This document shows positions 13,176 through 25,525 of a DNA stretch of 64,000 nt, piece after piece. The first letter of the stretch is position 1; the number at the start of each line of letters is the position of its first letter. Source of the DNA: Camelus dromedarius (lineage: Eukaryota); contig NC_087437.1 of assembly GCF_036321535.1 (NCBI RefSeq), positions 38,256,001 to 38,320,000 on the forward strand. Reading direction: 5' to 3'. The translations under genes and the position numbers were made by a program. Below the pieces are notes generated by a model. The model made no database searches, was not told where the DNA came from, and was given only the letters and a program-made list of their open reading frames with translations.

Positions 13176-13584
13176 TGTATTAGTTTCTTGTTGCTTCTGT
13201 AAGAACTGCCAAAAACTCAGTGGCCTAAAGATAACACAGTCACGTGTTATCTTATAATAGCAAAGATTAGAAATCTTGAATTGGTCTTGTTGGGTTAAAA
13301 TCAAGGCGCCCACAGAGCTGCATTCACTTTGAAGCCTGTGAAAGCTTTAAGAGCTTCCCCATGTGCCCTCCTTGTCCACTCTCCTAAAGGACCTTGGTGA
13401 TGACATTTGGGCAACCCAGCTACTGCAGGATAATTTCCTTATTTTACAGTCAGCTGATTAGCAAACTTAATGACATCTGCAACTTTAATCCTCCTTTGCC
13501 ATGTAAAAGCACGTATTCACAGGTTTCAGGGAGTAGGACGTGGACATCTTTCTTTAGGGGAGAGGCATTACTCTTCCCACCAAA
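13176..13584 (-). mobile_element. ERVL-MaLR solo LTR, MLT1C-like
   Basis: tgtattagtttc... start; cagctgattagcaaacttaat, ctttgccatgtaa, tattcacaggtttcaggg..ggacgtggacatctt. Confidence 0.85.
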
Positions 13585-15209
13585 ATAAGTAATCATAGTA
13601 TAAAATAAGATATAACATGGTGTTAAATGTAATGACGGCACAAGCAGGAATTAGTATGTGTGAGGGAAAGGCAAAGGGACAACTGTTCTAATAAAAGAAG
13701 ACTTGAAGGGAAATAGCACTGGGTGAGGAGATAGCAGTAGTGCATGTTTATGAGGTGCTTTCAATCATAATTGAGGGAATTATTCTAATTTAACTTTTAT
13801 TCTGGTTAAATGGAATTAAAATTTATTTTGTTAAATATTTCTTCTTTGTTTTCCAGGATCTAATGTTCTTTACTGTTCCATTATGCTACATTTCATTATA
13901 TTTTTAACAGAGTGGTTAATCTAATTTGTACCTCTTTTCACCTGTAAAGAGGACTTCTTGGATATGTCACCCAGTCAATGTGTATAATTAAGAAGTGTTT
14001 TATTAATTTGGTCTAGCGAGTAGATGCTAGACATGGGGGAAAGTACAAAATGTATCACTGGTGTCAAAGCAAGTAAGGTCCACATCCATCTGGAAACATT
14101 TCATTATCGGATTGAAAACATTTCAGTGACCATGGGCAAAGCTAAAATGTCCTAAAATACTGAGACTCACAAACAAAGGCTCAGATCCTACAAATCTGAA
14201 TTAAAGTTCCAATTAAGTAGGCCACTTCTCTCTTTTTTTCTGAGAATATCACTGATACTGTAATTACTGAGGCATTGAATGCTGTCAACCAACGTGGGAG
14301 GAGGGACAGGAGGTGAAGTGAGAGACAACTGTGAAATACTGCAAGGACAGAATCTGCCCTTTCTTTTCCTTTTTCTTTTTTTAACTTTTATAAACCTTTG
14401 ACCCATGACTGCAGTAAGAACATAATGTGCTCACATGTGACTAGTTAGCCTTTAACATGAATAAAATTTTAAATTGTTATTTTCTTAATTCATTCTATGT
14501 TTCCAAGAGAACACATGTAATATCCTGCTACTTATACAAATATTGACCTTTGAAAGCACCAGATGATCTAAGACAGAATAAAGTTGTTAATTAGGTGATT
14601 GTACAGTTGGGCATAAGGAATAGTTATGAGGTTAAACTGACTGGGAATTTTATTTGCTGAAAGTGTTATGAGATGGATGAACTTTATTAACTACTAATAT
14701 AAATATTATCTGATTTCTCTATTGCAGTTTCTTAAGCAATAATTCAAAGTCATCCTTGTTATATTACATAACCAGCTTCTCATAGGAAAAAAACATGTTT
14801 TATTCAGGTCACATATTCTTAGACTTTTAAATTCTCTGAGTGTAACAGGTTGTCTTTGTTTTGGGGCTTTCCTCAATGGTATCAACAAACTCTGGTCTTT
14901 TTTCTTCTAGACTAGATTACCACCATGCAAAAATCATGGTCAAAGATAATTTTATTCATAATTTTCCAACCCTGGTATGGCTAGTTTTGTTTTTCCATAT
15001 TGTTCTGAAATTCTTATTGTCACATGTACACATTTCACATTATTAAAATGACACTGTACATATCATTATGCTTTCTATAAACCATCAAGTGGTGCATGTT
15101 TTACTGTTTGTTCCACCATCCTCATAATAAAGTAGTTAATTGACCTGTAATATTTTATGATGTAGATGGGCATGTATCTTAATTCAGCAAATATTTATGG
15201 TTACCTGAT

Positions 15210-16015
15210 ATCTGACAAGAGAGCCAAGAATACTGAATGGAGAAAAGACAGTCTCCTCAATAAATAGTGCTGGAAAAAACTGGACATTCACATGTAAAAG
15301 AATGAAACCAGATCCCTATCTAACACCACTACCCCAAATTAACTGGAAATGAATTAAAGACTTAAATGTAAGACCTGAAACCATAATGCTCCTAGAAGAA
15401 AATATAGGGGAAAAGCTTCTTGACATAGGTCTTGGCAATGAATTTTTTGGATGATACCTAAAACACAAGCAACAGAATAAAAAATCAATGAGTGGGCTAC
15501 ATCAAACCACAAAGCTTCTGCACAGCAAGAGAAACAATCAACAAAATTAAAAATCAACATACAGAATGGCAGCAAATATGTACAAATCATACATTGAAGA
15601 TATTCAAATGGCCAACAGGTTCATAAAATGGGCTCGTCGACATCACTCCTCATCAGGAAAGTGCAATTCGAAAGCACAGTGAGGTATTACCTCATGCTTG
15701 TTAGAATGGCTATCTTCAAAATGACAAGAGATAACAAATACTGCAGAAGATGTGGAGAAAAGGGAACTCTTGTGCACTGTTGGTGAGAATGTAAATTGGT
15801 ATTGCCACTATGGAAAACACTATGGAGATTCTTGAAAAATTTAAAAATAGAACTACCATATGATCTAGCAATTTCACTTCCGAACGTATATCCAAAGGAA
15901 ACAAAATCACTTTATCAAAGAGATATCTGCACCTCTAAGCTACCTGCAGCCTATTAACAATAACCAAGACATGGAAACAACTTAAGTGTCCACATGCCCA
16001 TTCATGGATAAATGC
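15210..16015 (+). mobile_element. L1 ORF2 C-terminal fragment with internal deletion near 15595
   Basis: gacagtctcctcaataaatagtgctgg, gatgtggagaaaagggaactc, gaactaccatatgatctagcaatt are standard L1 ORF2 3' motifs. Confidence 0.9.
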
Positions 16016-16029
16016 TTTTGAAAGTTAAA

Positions 16030-16740
16030 GTCTTTTAAAGTCTTTTGTATGCTTCTTTTGTTCAATTTTAAGTTTGTGAAATTTATTCATAATATTAGGT
16101 ATCATTGCAGAACATTCTCATTATTGTTTTAGTAGTCCTGTGTGTGATTGTACCATAATTTATTTATACGTTTTACTGTTAATGGTTATTTGGGTAGGTT
16201 CCAGTTTGGAAATAATAGTAACTGTGCTACTATGATTTGTTCATGTCTCACAAACACACACACACATACATATATAAACACATGTTTACATTTCTGTTGG
16301 AATAGAGTTACTTGGCCTTGGGATATTCATTTGTTCAGCTTTAAGATGCTGCCAAACTGTCTTCCAAAATGTTCATACAAACGAATCATCCCACCAGCAG
16401 TGTGTGAGAGTACTAGTTGTTTCGCCTCCTCTCCAGTACTGTGTTTCTTCTGTCTCTTTTATTTGACATTCTTCTGTGAGATTGAGAACGTACTGTGGGT
16501 TTATTTTACATTTACCTGTTGGCTAATAAGACTGAGTACTAATTCCTATGTTTATTACCATTTGGTCATTGTTTGTTTTGAGAGTATGAACATATCTTGA
16601 TAAAATTTTTTAAATCAGGTTATCTGTCTTTTTCTTATTGGCTTGTAATAGTGCTTTATATTTTTGGTGCACAGTACCTGTGCCAGATGTACTGCATACT
16701 GCAGGTATTTTCTTCCTCTCTATTTTGCCTTTTCACTTTA
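16030..16740 (-). mobile_element. Old L1 (L1MD/ME-like) 3' region
   Basis: taccataatttattt...ttgggtaggttccagtttgg...tgccaaactgtcttccaaa...cccaccagcagtgtgtgagagt. Confidence 0.75.

Positions 16741-16742
<2 letters not shown>

Positions 16743-16775
<33 letters not shown>
16743..16775. repeat. (GT)16 microsatellite
   Basis: Perfect dinucleotide run, read directly. Confidence 0.95.
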
Positions 16776-16776
<1 letters not shown>

Positions 16777-18137
16777 TTTGGCTGGTAAAGAGTGATTATT
16801 GCCTAAAAGGTTTCTGATTTGCTAGGAAGTCTTTTTCATGGTACCTTTGCTAGAGAGACCAAAATTTTGTTGGGCCTTGGTTTGTCTGTGCCTGTTGACA
16901 TTTGAGGGATCTAGGAAGCAAAAAGAAAATTCATGGGACACTGCCACGTTGTTCCTGAATCCTGAGGTCCCTCGCCTATTTTACATATAATGTACACATT
17001 TGATAGTTGTACTAAATGGAAAGAATAGGGAAAAGTATGTCTACTCCATCACCCAGGAGTCAAAGCCCAATATGTGCAATATGCATATCTATTTTTAAAT
17101 TAGCAACGTTTTCAAGGATTTTATTATTAATATTTTTATATCCCTTTCATTTTATTTTTAAAAGATCTTTTCTTTTTTTACAGAATGTGAATGACTTGTC
17201 TTTTGCAAGAAAATTCAACCACTTTATATCACATCCTCACGCTGGAGACTACAGGCTTTGAAAAATGATTTCAGCAAATATATGCTGTTATTTATCCATC
17301 TGTAGCAGCTTAATAAATCCAAGGAAGGATTTCCTGCAGACTTAGGTGAGCTGTGATGTCATGGGAGTTTTTACTAATTTTGTCTGCTTTAAAGCACTTT
17401 GACCACTCAAAATATTTGCTTATGAAAATTTTGTGTATTTATTAATTTGATCTCACTTTTCTTCCAACATAAATATTTCCCTAGCTTTATATAAAATAAT
17501 TACCTATCTCATTTAATATTGTATTTTAGGGTTATTGTTATACAAATTCAAATTAGATGTATTTTCAGTCTCACAATTTAAGAAACTATTTAACAAAAGC
17601 ATTGTATTTTCATAATCTGAAATCTGTAGATATCTTAAATTGAATCCTCTTTTTACTTATTAACAATAAATATTTTTGTCATCATCTTTTTTAACATTCC
17701 ATATTTCGCTTAGCAATACCTTGTGCATAGTCAATACTTAAAGGTTTGATGATTTTAATTTCTATACATTAAGGATTTCAGTTATGTTTTATTAAACACC
17801 TTTGTTTTGCTGTTAAACTGTGTTATACTTTCAGTCATACTTTATTTTAAGCAATGTATTGATAAAAAGATTTTTTTTAGAGTATTTTAAACACAAACTA
17901 TGTGACAATTCCTTATGTGAGCCTTCAGGAAATGGCTAGGTGTATAACTATTTTAAGTATTGAAACAAAAGCCCATTTGGGTGAACAGTTTTCTACAAAT
18001 ATTATAGTTATTTTTTAAAAGATCGAAATATATATAGCAACTCATATATGCAATTTTATGTAATTAAATGTTTATTAAAATAAGTAGGCACAATGTGATG
18101 GCAATAAATGTTTAAATGTAAAGAACTCTTTTCTTAC

Positions 18138-18569
18138 ACAGTTGGGAAGAGAACAATGGCTGTTTTCCAAACCCATGTATTTCTTCTATAGACATAGAAT
18201 TTTAGGGTGCTGGTGGTCTCTTCTGCAGCTGAATTAGGCTATTTGACTAATCCCTCAAAACGGAATGTGAGTGAAAGTGGTGTGGGCCAGTTTCAAGTCT
18301 GGTCAAAACACCTTGTTTGTGCTCTTTGCCATTCTTTCTTCTTTCCTGGGTGTGCAGTTATGATAACCCAGCAACTTTATAAGTCACACCTTGGAGATGA
18401 CAGACTTATATAACCCTTCCAGGTCCTTCAACCACTGTGTGAAAACATCACTCTTTGCCCTATGTTGTTGAAAACCTATCCTGAGATTTTATATCACAGA
18501 GAAATAAACTTTTATTGAGTTTGGAATATTATCATCTATTTATTAAGCAGATTACTCTAACCTAACACA
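18138..18569 (+). mobile_element. ERVL-MaLR LTR, MLT1J-like
   Basis: ggaatgtgagtgaaagtggtgtg...agaaataaacttttattg...cctaacaca terminus. Confidence 0.6.
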
Positions 18570-18992
18570 GAGTGTTTAATTCAAAATTGGAAGAGATTCT
18601 ATATTAATACAGAGGATCATTATTTATAGATAATATTTTTTCGTTTTTATGTTGCTATTTATATTAATGTAACTATTAAAAAAAGGAAATTCTTGAGAAC
18701 GTACCACAGTGTAGTGTAATAATTTCTTTTATTTATGCAGTTTTTTGAACTTTGCTTAAAATGGTAGATGGTGTTGAAAGATAACGGCAAGTCTTATACA
18801 GATGTACCTGGGCATGTTAAATGATTATTTTCATTGTAGTAGGATTATGGAATTTTAATTTTTTTTCTTTTTCAGGTTTAACACAATACACATATTATGC
18901 TTTTATAAACCAAAATATAAAGTTTTTTTAATTAAGTATACTAGTCATATCTTAAAGAGAATGCCTATTGTCTTTCCTTCTGTATTCGTATT

Positions 18993-19605
18993 TGTTGATG
19001 TCCTTCAGCCAAAGACAAATAATCGAATGACATCCATGGTTGAATAAAGTTGGATTGGCTTACTGCTGAATGAAAACACATATAATGGATAATTATTATA
19101 CTTTGTAGCTACTAAGAGGGTACCCACAGGATGTATTACATACGAGAGCTGTGCTTCCATTAAGCAGTCTGGCGGAGGGTTAAATGAAGCAGGATTTTGC
19201 TCTGGATTGGATGAACTCAGAAAGTAGGGATAATACTGTATTTGAGTATCTTAACAATTTTTATTTAGAAGATGGGAATAACAAAGTGGAGTTAAAGCTA
19301 TAATTTTGAAAGACATAGCAGTTATATATATTAATCAGGAAGTGGGTGTTTAGCCATTATTTTAGTTTATAAAGTGTTATTGCATTTGTCTGTGCCTAGA
19401 CATGATTATTAAGCTGTCACACTTGTTCTTTTTCCATCATGGTCATTAAGTGGCCTTGCCTGATATTTGTGTTTTGTACAATTTTTTTATGTACAACATA
19501 AGATCATCAGAGTTTCGTTGTATCAGACCAACTTCTAGCAACATCAAGTCTTAACTGTTAGAGTTGAGTCAGCTACTTACTGTCAGGAGTACTTTCCTCT
19601 TTCTT
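18993..19605 (-). mobile_element. 3' LTR of the provirus (MER90/MER110-like ERV1 LTR, name tentative)
   Basis: tgttgatgtccttcagccaaagac end; gcaggattttgctctggattggatg; a purine-rich AAGAAAGAGGAAAG lies at the inner edge on the minus strand. Confidence 0.7.
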
Positions 19606-19759
19606 GGTCCCTGCTTTTGTCCAAGGGTAGATGAAGTGAGGACTTAGGGTGTAGTCTTTGATTCAGATGCTCACTCCTGCCAAGATTTGCTCTTTAGGAG
19701 GCTGTTCACAGCACATTGTGTGAGTTTGAATAAAATTAGTTCTTGCCATTCATTCTGGT

Positions 19760-20150
19760 GCATTTGAAATGAGAGTAGCATTAATAGGCTGAACAAAATG
19801 CTTCAGCCAAATACAAGAAAAATTATTAGTCTTTGTGATAGGCCTCAAAGATAGAGGCCTGAGTCATCAAACCTAGGCAATAAAAACCTGTCTTAAGCCC
19901 AGCTGGACATTTCTAAAGATCCAATAAGCTTTCTTTTCATCCGAATCACAGGCTATTCTATGTGACCTGAAGTATTTAAATACGTGCAGCAAGAAGTGTA
20001 TAGGACAATTTCCCCTTTGGCTAGATAAATAGAAATTAAGGATTATGCATCTGTCCACGGCAACTCTAGCTAACAAATTCAAGTTTAAACTGGTTTGTTG
20101 GGCTTCCAGAGCAGAAGTTGTATTCTCATAAGAAGGGCAAAGAATCATGG
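19760..20150 (-). pseudogene. ERV env TM remnant (heptad repeat, immunosuppressive domain, CX6CC)
   Basis: ORF 19873-20148 gives SALEAQQTSLNLNLLARVAVDRCIILNFYLSSQRGNCPI; after a frameshift the strand reads TSCCTYLNTSG (TSCC = 19986-19997). Compare gamma-type LAxVVxDNRIALDFLLAxQGGVCAxxNTSCCTYIN. Confidence 0.88.
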
Positions 20151-20312
20151 GGATATAATATTATTTATATTGTCAAGAGATAATCAATCATTGATTAATT
20201 CAGGTGGGAAGATTCTTTGAATAAATTTAAGCAGTTCCTGCAAAGTAGACCGGAATGTCTATAAAGAGATTAATCTAACTATTGTAGCAAGGATAAACCC
20301 AAGCTTACTTTC

Positions 20313-22115
20313 TTAAAAAAAAAAAAGAAATTGAAGTATAGTTGATTTACAATATTGTGTTAGTTTTAGATGTACAACAAAGTGATTCAGATATATATTA
20401 TTTTTCAGATTATTTTCCATTATAGGTTATTCCAAGATATTGAATATAGTCCCATGCGCTATACAGTTGTTTATCTACATTATACATAGTAGTACGTATG
20501 TGTTAATTCCAAACTCTGAATTTATCCCTTTGCCCTCTTTCCTTTTTAGTAACCATAGTTTGTTTTCTATGTCTGTGAGTCTATTTCTGGTTTCTAAATA
20601 CGTTCATTTGTATTCTTTTTTTAGGCTCCACATGTATGTGATATCATATGGTATTTGTCTTTATCAGGCTTATTTCACTTAACATGATAATCTCTAGGTC
20701 CATCCATGTTGCTGCAAATGATATTTCATTCTTTTTTAGAGCCAAGTAATATCTTCCATTGTATATACATACCCATTTTCTTTATCCATTCATCTGTCAG
20801 TGGACATTTAGGTTGCTTCTATGTCTTGATTATTGTACATAGTGCTGCTATGAACATTGGGGTGCAAGTATTTTTTCGAATTAGAGTTTTCTCTAAATAT
20901 ATGCCCAGGAGTGGGACTGATGGATCATGTGGTAACTCTATTTTTAGTTTTTTAAGGAAACTCCGTACTGTTCTCTATAGTGGCTGCACCAATTTACATT
21001 CCCACCAACAGCGTAGGAGGATTCCCTTTTCTCCACACCCTCTCCAGCATTTATTATTTGTTGACTTTTTAATGATGATCGTTCTGATTGGTATGAGATG
21101 ATACCTCATTCTAGTTTTGATTTGAATTTCTCTAATAATTAGTGATGTTAAGCATCTTTTCATGTTCTTATTGGCCATCTGTTATGTCTTCTTTAGAGAA
21201 ATATGTTTAGGTCTTCTGTCCATTTTTTAATGGGTTGCCCTTTTTTTATATTAAGCTGTATGGGTTGTTTATATATTTTGGAAATTAATCCCTTGTCGGT
21301 CCCATCATTGCAAATATTTTCTCCCATTCTGTAGGTTATCTTTTCGTTTTGTTTATGGTTTTCTTTACTGTACAAAAGCTTTTTAGTTTAATTAGATCTC
21401 ATTTGTTTATTTTTGCTTTTATTTCCATTACTCTGGGAGATGGATCCAAAAAAAATTGTTGTAGTTTATGTCAGAGTGTTCTGCCTATGTTTTCCTTTAG
21501 GAGCTTTAGGGTATCCAGTCTTACGTTTAGGTCTTTAATCCATTTTGAGTTTATTTTTGTACATGGTGTTAGAGAATGTTCTAATTTCATTCTTTCACAT
21601 GTAGCTGTCCAGTTTTCTCAGTACTGCTTACTGAACACACTGGCTTTTCTCTATTATATTTTCTTGCCTTCTTCGTCAACAATAAATTGACCATAAGTGT
21701 GTGGGTTTATTTCTGGGCCTTCTATCCTCTTTCGTTGATCTATGTTTCTGTTTTTTGTGCCAATACCATAATATTTTGATTACTGTAGCTTTGTAGTATA
21801 GTCTGAAGTCAGGAAGCATGATTCCTCCAGCTCTGTTCTTTCTCAAGACTGTTTTGGCTATTCAGGGTCTTTTGTGTTTCCATACAAATTAAAAAAAAAA
21901 AATTCTTTTTTTTTGGTTCCCGTTTTGTGAAAAATGCCATTGGTAATTTGACAGGGATTGCACTGAATCTGTGTATTGACCTGGGTAGTATGGCCATTTT
22001 AACAATATTGATTCGTCCAATCCAAGCACATGATATATTTTCCCTTCTGTTTGTGTCATCTTCAACTTCTCTCATCAACATCTTACAGTTTTTGGAGTAC
22101 AGCTATTTTGCCTCT
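20313..22115 (-). mobile_element. Relatively young 5'-truncated L1 (~1.8 kb) inserted into ERV env
   Basis: ORF2 C-terminal peptides in the ORF track (…WIGRINIVKMAILP…, …[23 protein letters not shown]); TSD aag(c/t)ttactttc at 20301-20312 and 22116-22127. Confidence 0.93.
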
Positions 22116-22127
22116 AAGTTTACTTTC

Positions 22128-22500
22128 CACTCCTGGTAATGGAATAGATTTTGCTGCAGTTTCCCAGCACCAATATCTGCTGATATGGACTCAAAGTTCA
22201 ATATTAACAAGACTGAAGTCTGGAATTAATTATTTGAGGAAAACCTAAGTATCAGAACAGATATTTTTAAAATACATATCTCCAGAAATGCTTAAAGGAA
22301 AAGCTATTTTTTGTCAGTAAGATTAGGTAGGAGATGACATATCCATCAACTGGTTAAATTCAGAGCAATCACAGAAGTTCATAAGGTTTAAAAGTAACAA
22401 GATGAAGGTAAAAAAGAGCACATTAAGAAAATTTTTTGTTAATTAAAAGAGCATGTCAGAGTGTAATAATATGCTAGATTAATGATAGAAAAAAAGAAGA
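22128..22500 (-). pseudogene. ERV env SU N-terminal remnant
   Basis: Minus strand translates ALNLTS*WICHLLP (*WICH = 22334-22348), a CWIC motif with Cys->TGA, located right after the end of integrase. Confidence 0.65.
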
Positions 22501-22619
22501 AAGAGGCTACTGAAGACTTGGAAAATTTAATTTTGCTCTTCCACCTTGCTGAGAAGCTGCCCACTTTTGTAATCATTAGTCTACCCTGTTGTTTGGGTGA
22601 AAGCAGACCACTTCCGTGG

Positions 22620-24500
22620 TCAGTTTCTGGTGAATTTCTACAATCCTAAATTTGAGGTTTTCTAATGGAGTTTAAATACAGTTATGAAAAAGTTAGTTAT
22701 ATCTTTTTTAGCTGGAAATCATAAATCAAAGGATAAACACTATGCGGTTTTACTGTTGCGTCAGTTGTTAATAACAACAGATAGTGTCTTTTCCATTACC
22801 TTAAAGATTAGTTTTTCTTGATATCTTTTTCAGAAGACCAAATCTCCATGTTTCAGATCATGCTACAGGTATTGAGGTGATAATTTTAGATATGCGATTT
22901 GAGTATGTTTGTACTAAATCTGGAATTATTGTATACTTGTATTCTGGCATCATTTAGTCATATTAGCCAGTAAGAGAATGGAATCTCACAATTCTAAAAT
23001 TCTTGGGACAGTCGATTATTAACTCAGGAAAACTTGTGGACCTAGGTATAGTTGATTTTATTATCATCAAGGATACAGGCAATACTTTGGGATTTGTAAG
23101 TGTTCTGCTTTCTAAGACCTTTGATGTTTATAACTGTAGAATTCCATTAGTTATCTTTACAGTTTCCAAATTTTGTGAGTGATAAAGAAAGTAAACTTTG
23201 TAAGTAAATGTTAAAGCTTTATTGTTTTAAAGAACAGTGGCACATAAAAGCGTGTCCCTCTTATAGTAGAGATACAATGAGATATTTACTCAATGGGAAG
23301 AATGCATAGCTCGCCTGCAAGGAAAATCCCCAAATCAGACTAGGAAGCAGGAACAATAACCATCTCCAGATACCATTCTAAAAAAGAAGCAACAATAATC
23401 AGAAGACAGTTATAGCCCATTGGGAGGAATTCAAATGGGACTAGAGTGTGGTTCTTGTCCATGCCCTACCTTTGCCTTCTTGCCAAAGTTATGTACTTGG
23501 TGAGCAGGACATTCATAGGAAAATACACATAACATCATCCCACCAAGCTTGGTTTAATATCATTGCCAATTTATCTCTGCTGTTGTGAATATTTTCAAGA
23601 AGGATTTTTCTAAACTCCAATCTTCTTAAGGGCTGTTTCCTTAAGCAACAGCAAACTGTATAAAATGTCTTTAACATGTTATGCTTTACTATAAGGTGGC
23701 TTCTGTAAACATCAGGAAACAGCTGCTTCCAAAGTATTTTAATATTATCAACTAACCCATAATCATAACAATTATTAGGATAAACATATGTGTTTTTATC
23801 ATTTGTCAGTTGGAAGTACTTGGTGAGGGCAATGAATCTAGTTGATAAAACTGTTTTAATTTCTAGAATACTTCTATGTTTCAAAGTAAATTCATATCAG
23901 TGATAGCATAGCTTGCTTGCTAATTTTTAGACTCCTTTTTTGAAGTATGGAACCATCAACAAACAAATTTAAATAAAGTTTATCCATAGGACTTCTAGAG
24001 AGTTTGTTCATGGTGTGGATAGTACTCAATGTAGTTAAGAATATTGACTTATTTTTCTCCAGGTTAGAGAACAAGGGTGGCTGTGTTTAGAGTGTTGCAG
24101 AAATAGATGGTGGTACGTAACTGGGAGACAACACTAATTCACAGGAGGAAAGGCAACTAATCATGAAGTGTTATTTCCTGTCAATAGAAGAGTCTACAGA
24201 ACATAGAGTATTTTTAAATCTAGTGGAGATCTTCAAATGGAAACAACGGAACCATTCCCCACTTTTGCTGCTGCTGCATTTATACAAAGTGGGTATGCCT
24301 TGGCTTTGGGGTTTAATGGAAGATTGAAACAAACAATAGCTCTTTGGTGGTTCCCATGTAATAGGTTCAGAGGCACTAACAGTACCTGCCCAAACATTTT
24401 ATGAACAAAGATGAAATAGGATTTTGTGAACCCAGAATCTTGGAAACAAATCTGCAGATTTTATCAGCCTCTAAATTTAATAAGAGTACTTTTTCTTAAC
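22620..24500 (-). pseudogene. ERV pol remnant: RT connection, RNase H, integrase
   Basis: Manual translation in order: HGNHQRAIVCFNLPLNPKAKAYPLC (connection); LFVDGS and FIALTKYFQLTNDKNTYVYPNNCYDYGLVDNIKILWKQ (RNase H); ENIH..DKLAMILNQAWW and HNFGK.AKVGHGQEP (IN zinc-finger region); LPMGYNCLLIIV; YHSQ..TNGIL; PKVLP; HDLKHGDLVF; WKRHYLLLLTTDATVK..FQLKK (GPY/F-like). Many stops and frameshifts. Confidence 0.9.
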
Positions 24501-24524
24501 TTGAAGAGTACCTAAGCACTCTCA

Positions 24525-25525
24525 CTCTGTGAAAGACAATGTCAAGAGAATGAGAAGACAGGCTGCAGACTGGGAGAAAATATTTGTAAAGGATACATCT
24601 GATGAAAGACTGTTATCCAAAATATACAAATAATTTTTAAAAATCAACAATATAAAAATGAGCAACCCAATTAAAATTTGAGCCAAAGATCTGAACAGAA
24701 ATTTCACAAAAGAAGATACAAGTGGTAAAAAGGCATATATAAAAAAAAAAACCACTCACATCATATGTCATCAGAGAAATGCAAATTAAGACAATAATGA
24801 GATACCACTACATACCTATTAGAATGGCCAAAATCTGGAACATGGACAATACCAAATGCTGGTGAAGATGTGGAGGAACAGGAATTTTCATTCTTTGTTG
24901 GTGAAAATACAAAGTGGTACAACCACTTTGGAAGACAGTTTGACAGTTTTTTACAAAACTAAACCTACTTTGACTATATAATCCAGCAAATGCATTCCTT
25001 GGTGTTTACCCAAAGGTCTTGAAAAGTAATGTCCACACAAAAACCCACAGAAAGATATTTACAGCAGCCTTAGTCATAATTGCCAAAACACGGAAGCAAC
25101 CAAGATGTCCTTCAGTAGGGGAATACATAAACAAACTGTGGTATAGCAAGGCAATGGAATGGAGAGATTCAGCACTAAAAAGAAATGAGCTCTCTAGGCA
25201 TGAAAAAACATGCAATAAAAATGCATAGTTAAATGCATTTTACTAAATTAAAGAAACCAATCGAAAAAGGCTACATACTGTATAATCCCAACTATATAAC
25301 ATTCTGGAAAAGGTAAAACTACAGAGACAGAAAAAAGATTAGTGGTTGCCAGGGGCTGGTAAGGAAGGAGTGAACAGGCAGAGCACAGAGTATTTTTCAG
25401 ACAGTGAAAATACTCTGTGTGATACCAAAATGATGGATATATGTCGTTATATATTTGTCCAAAGCCACAGAATATCCAACCCTGGTGAATCTTAATGTAA
25501 ACTATGGACTTTGAATGATGAAGAT
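24525..25525 (+). mobile_element. L1MC-like 3' region inserted into the ERV
   Basis: gactgggagaaaatattt, gataccactacatacctattagaatggcc, aaggctacatactgtata, aatgtaaactatggacttt. Confidence 0.88.

Noticed and set aside
16148..16600. Longest ORF (150 aa)
   Set aside because: Antisense to a decayed L1 3' region; Cys/Phe-rich noise composition.
20706..22139. Several 60-130 aa ORFs
   Set aside because: Sense and antisense fragments of L1 ORF2/3'UTR, not a host gene.
23513..24074. Two minus-strand ORFs as functional genes (domesticated RNase H/integrase)
   Set aside because: Fragments of ERV pol with frameshifts; catalytic motifs are degenerate (YTDS reads YPNN; the first integrase Asp region is deleted).
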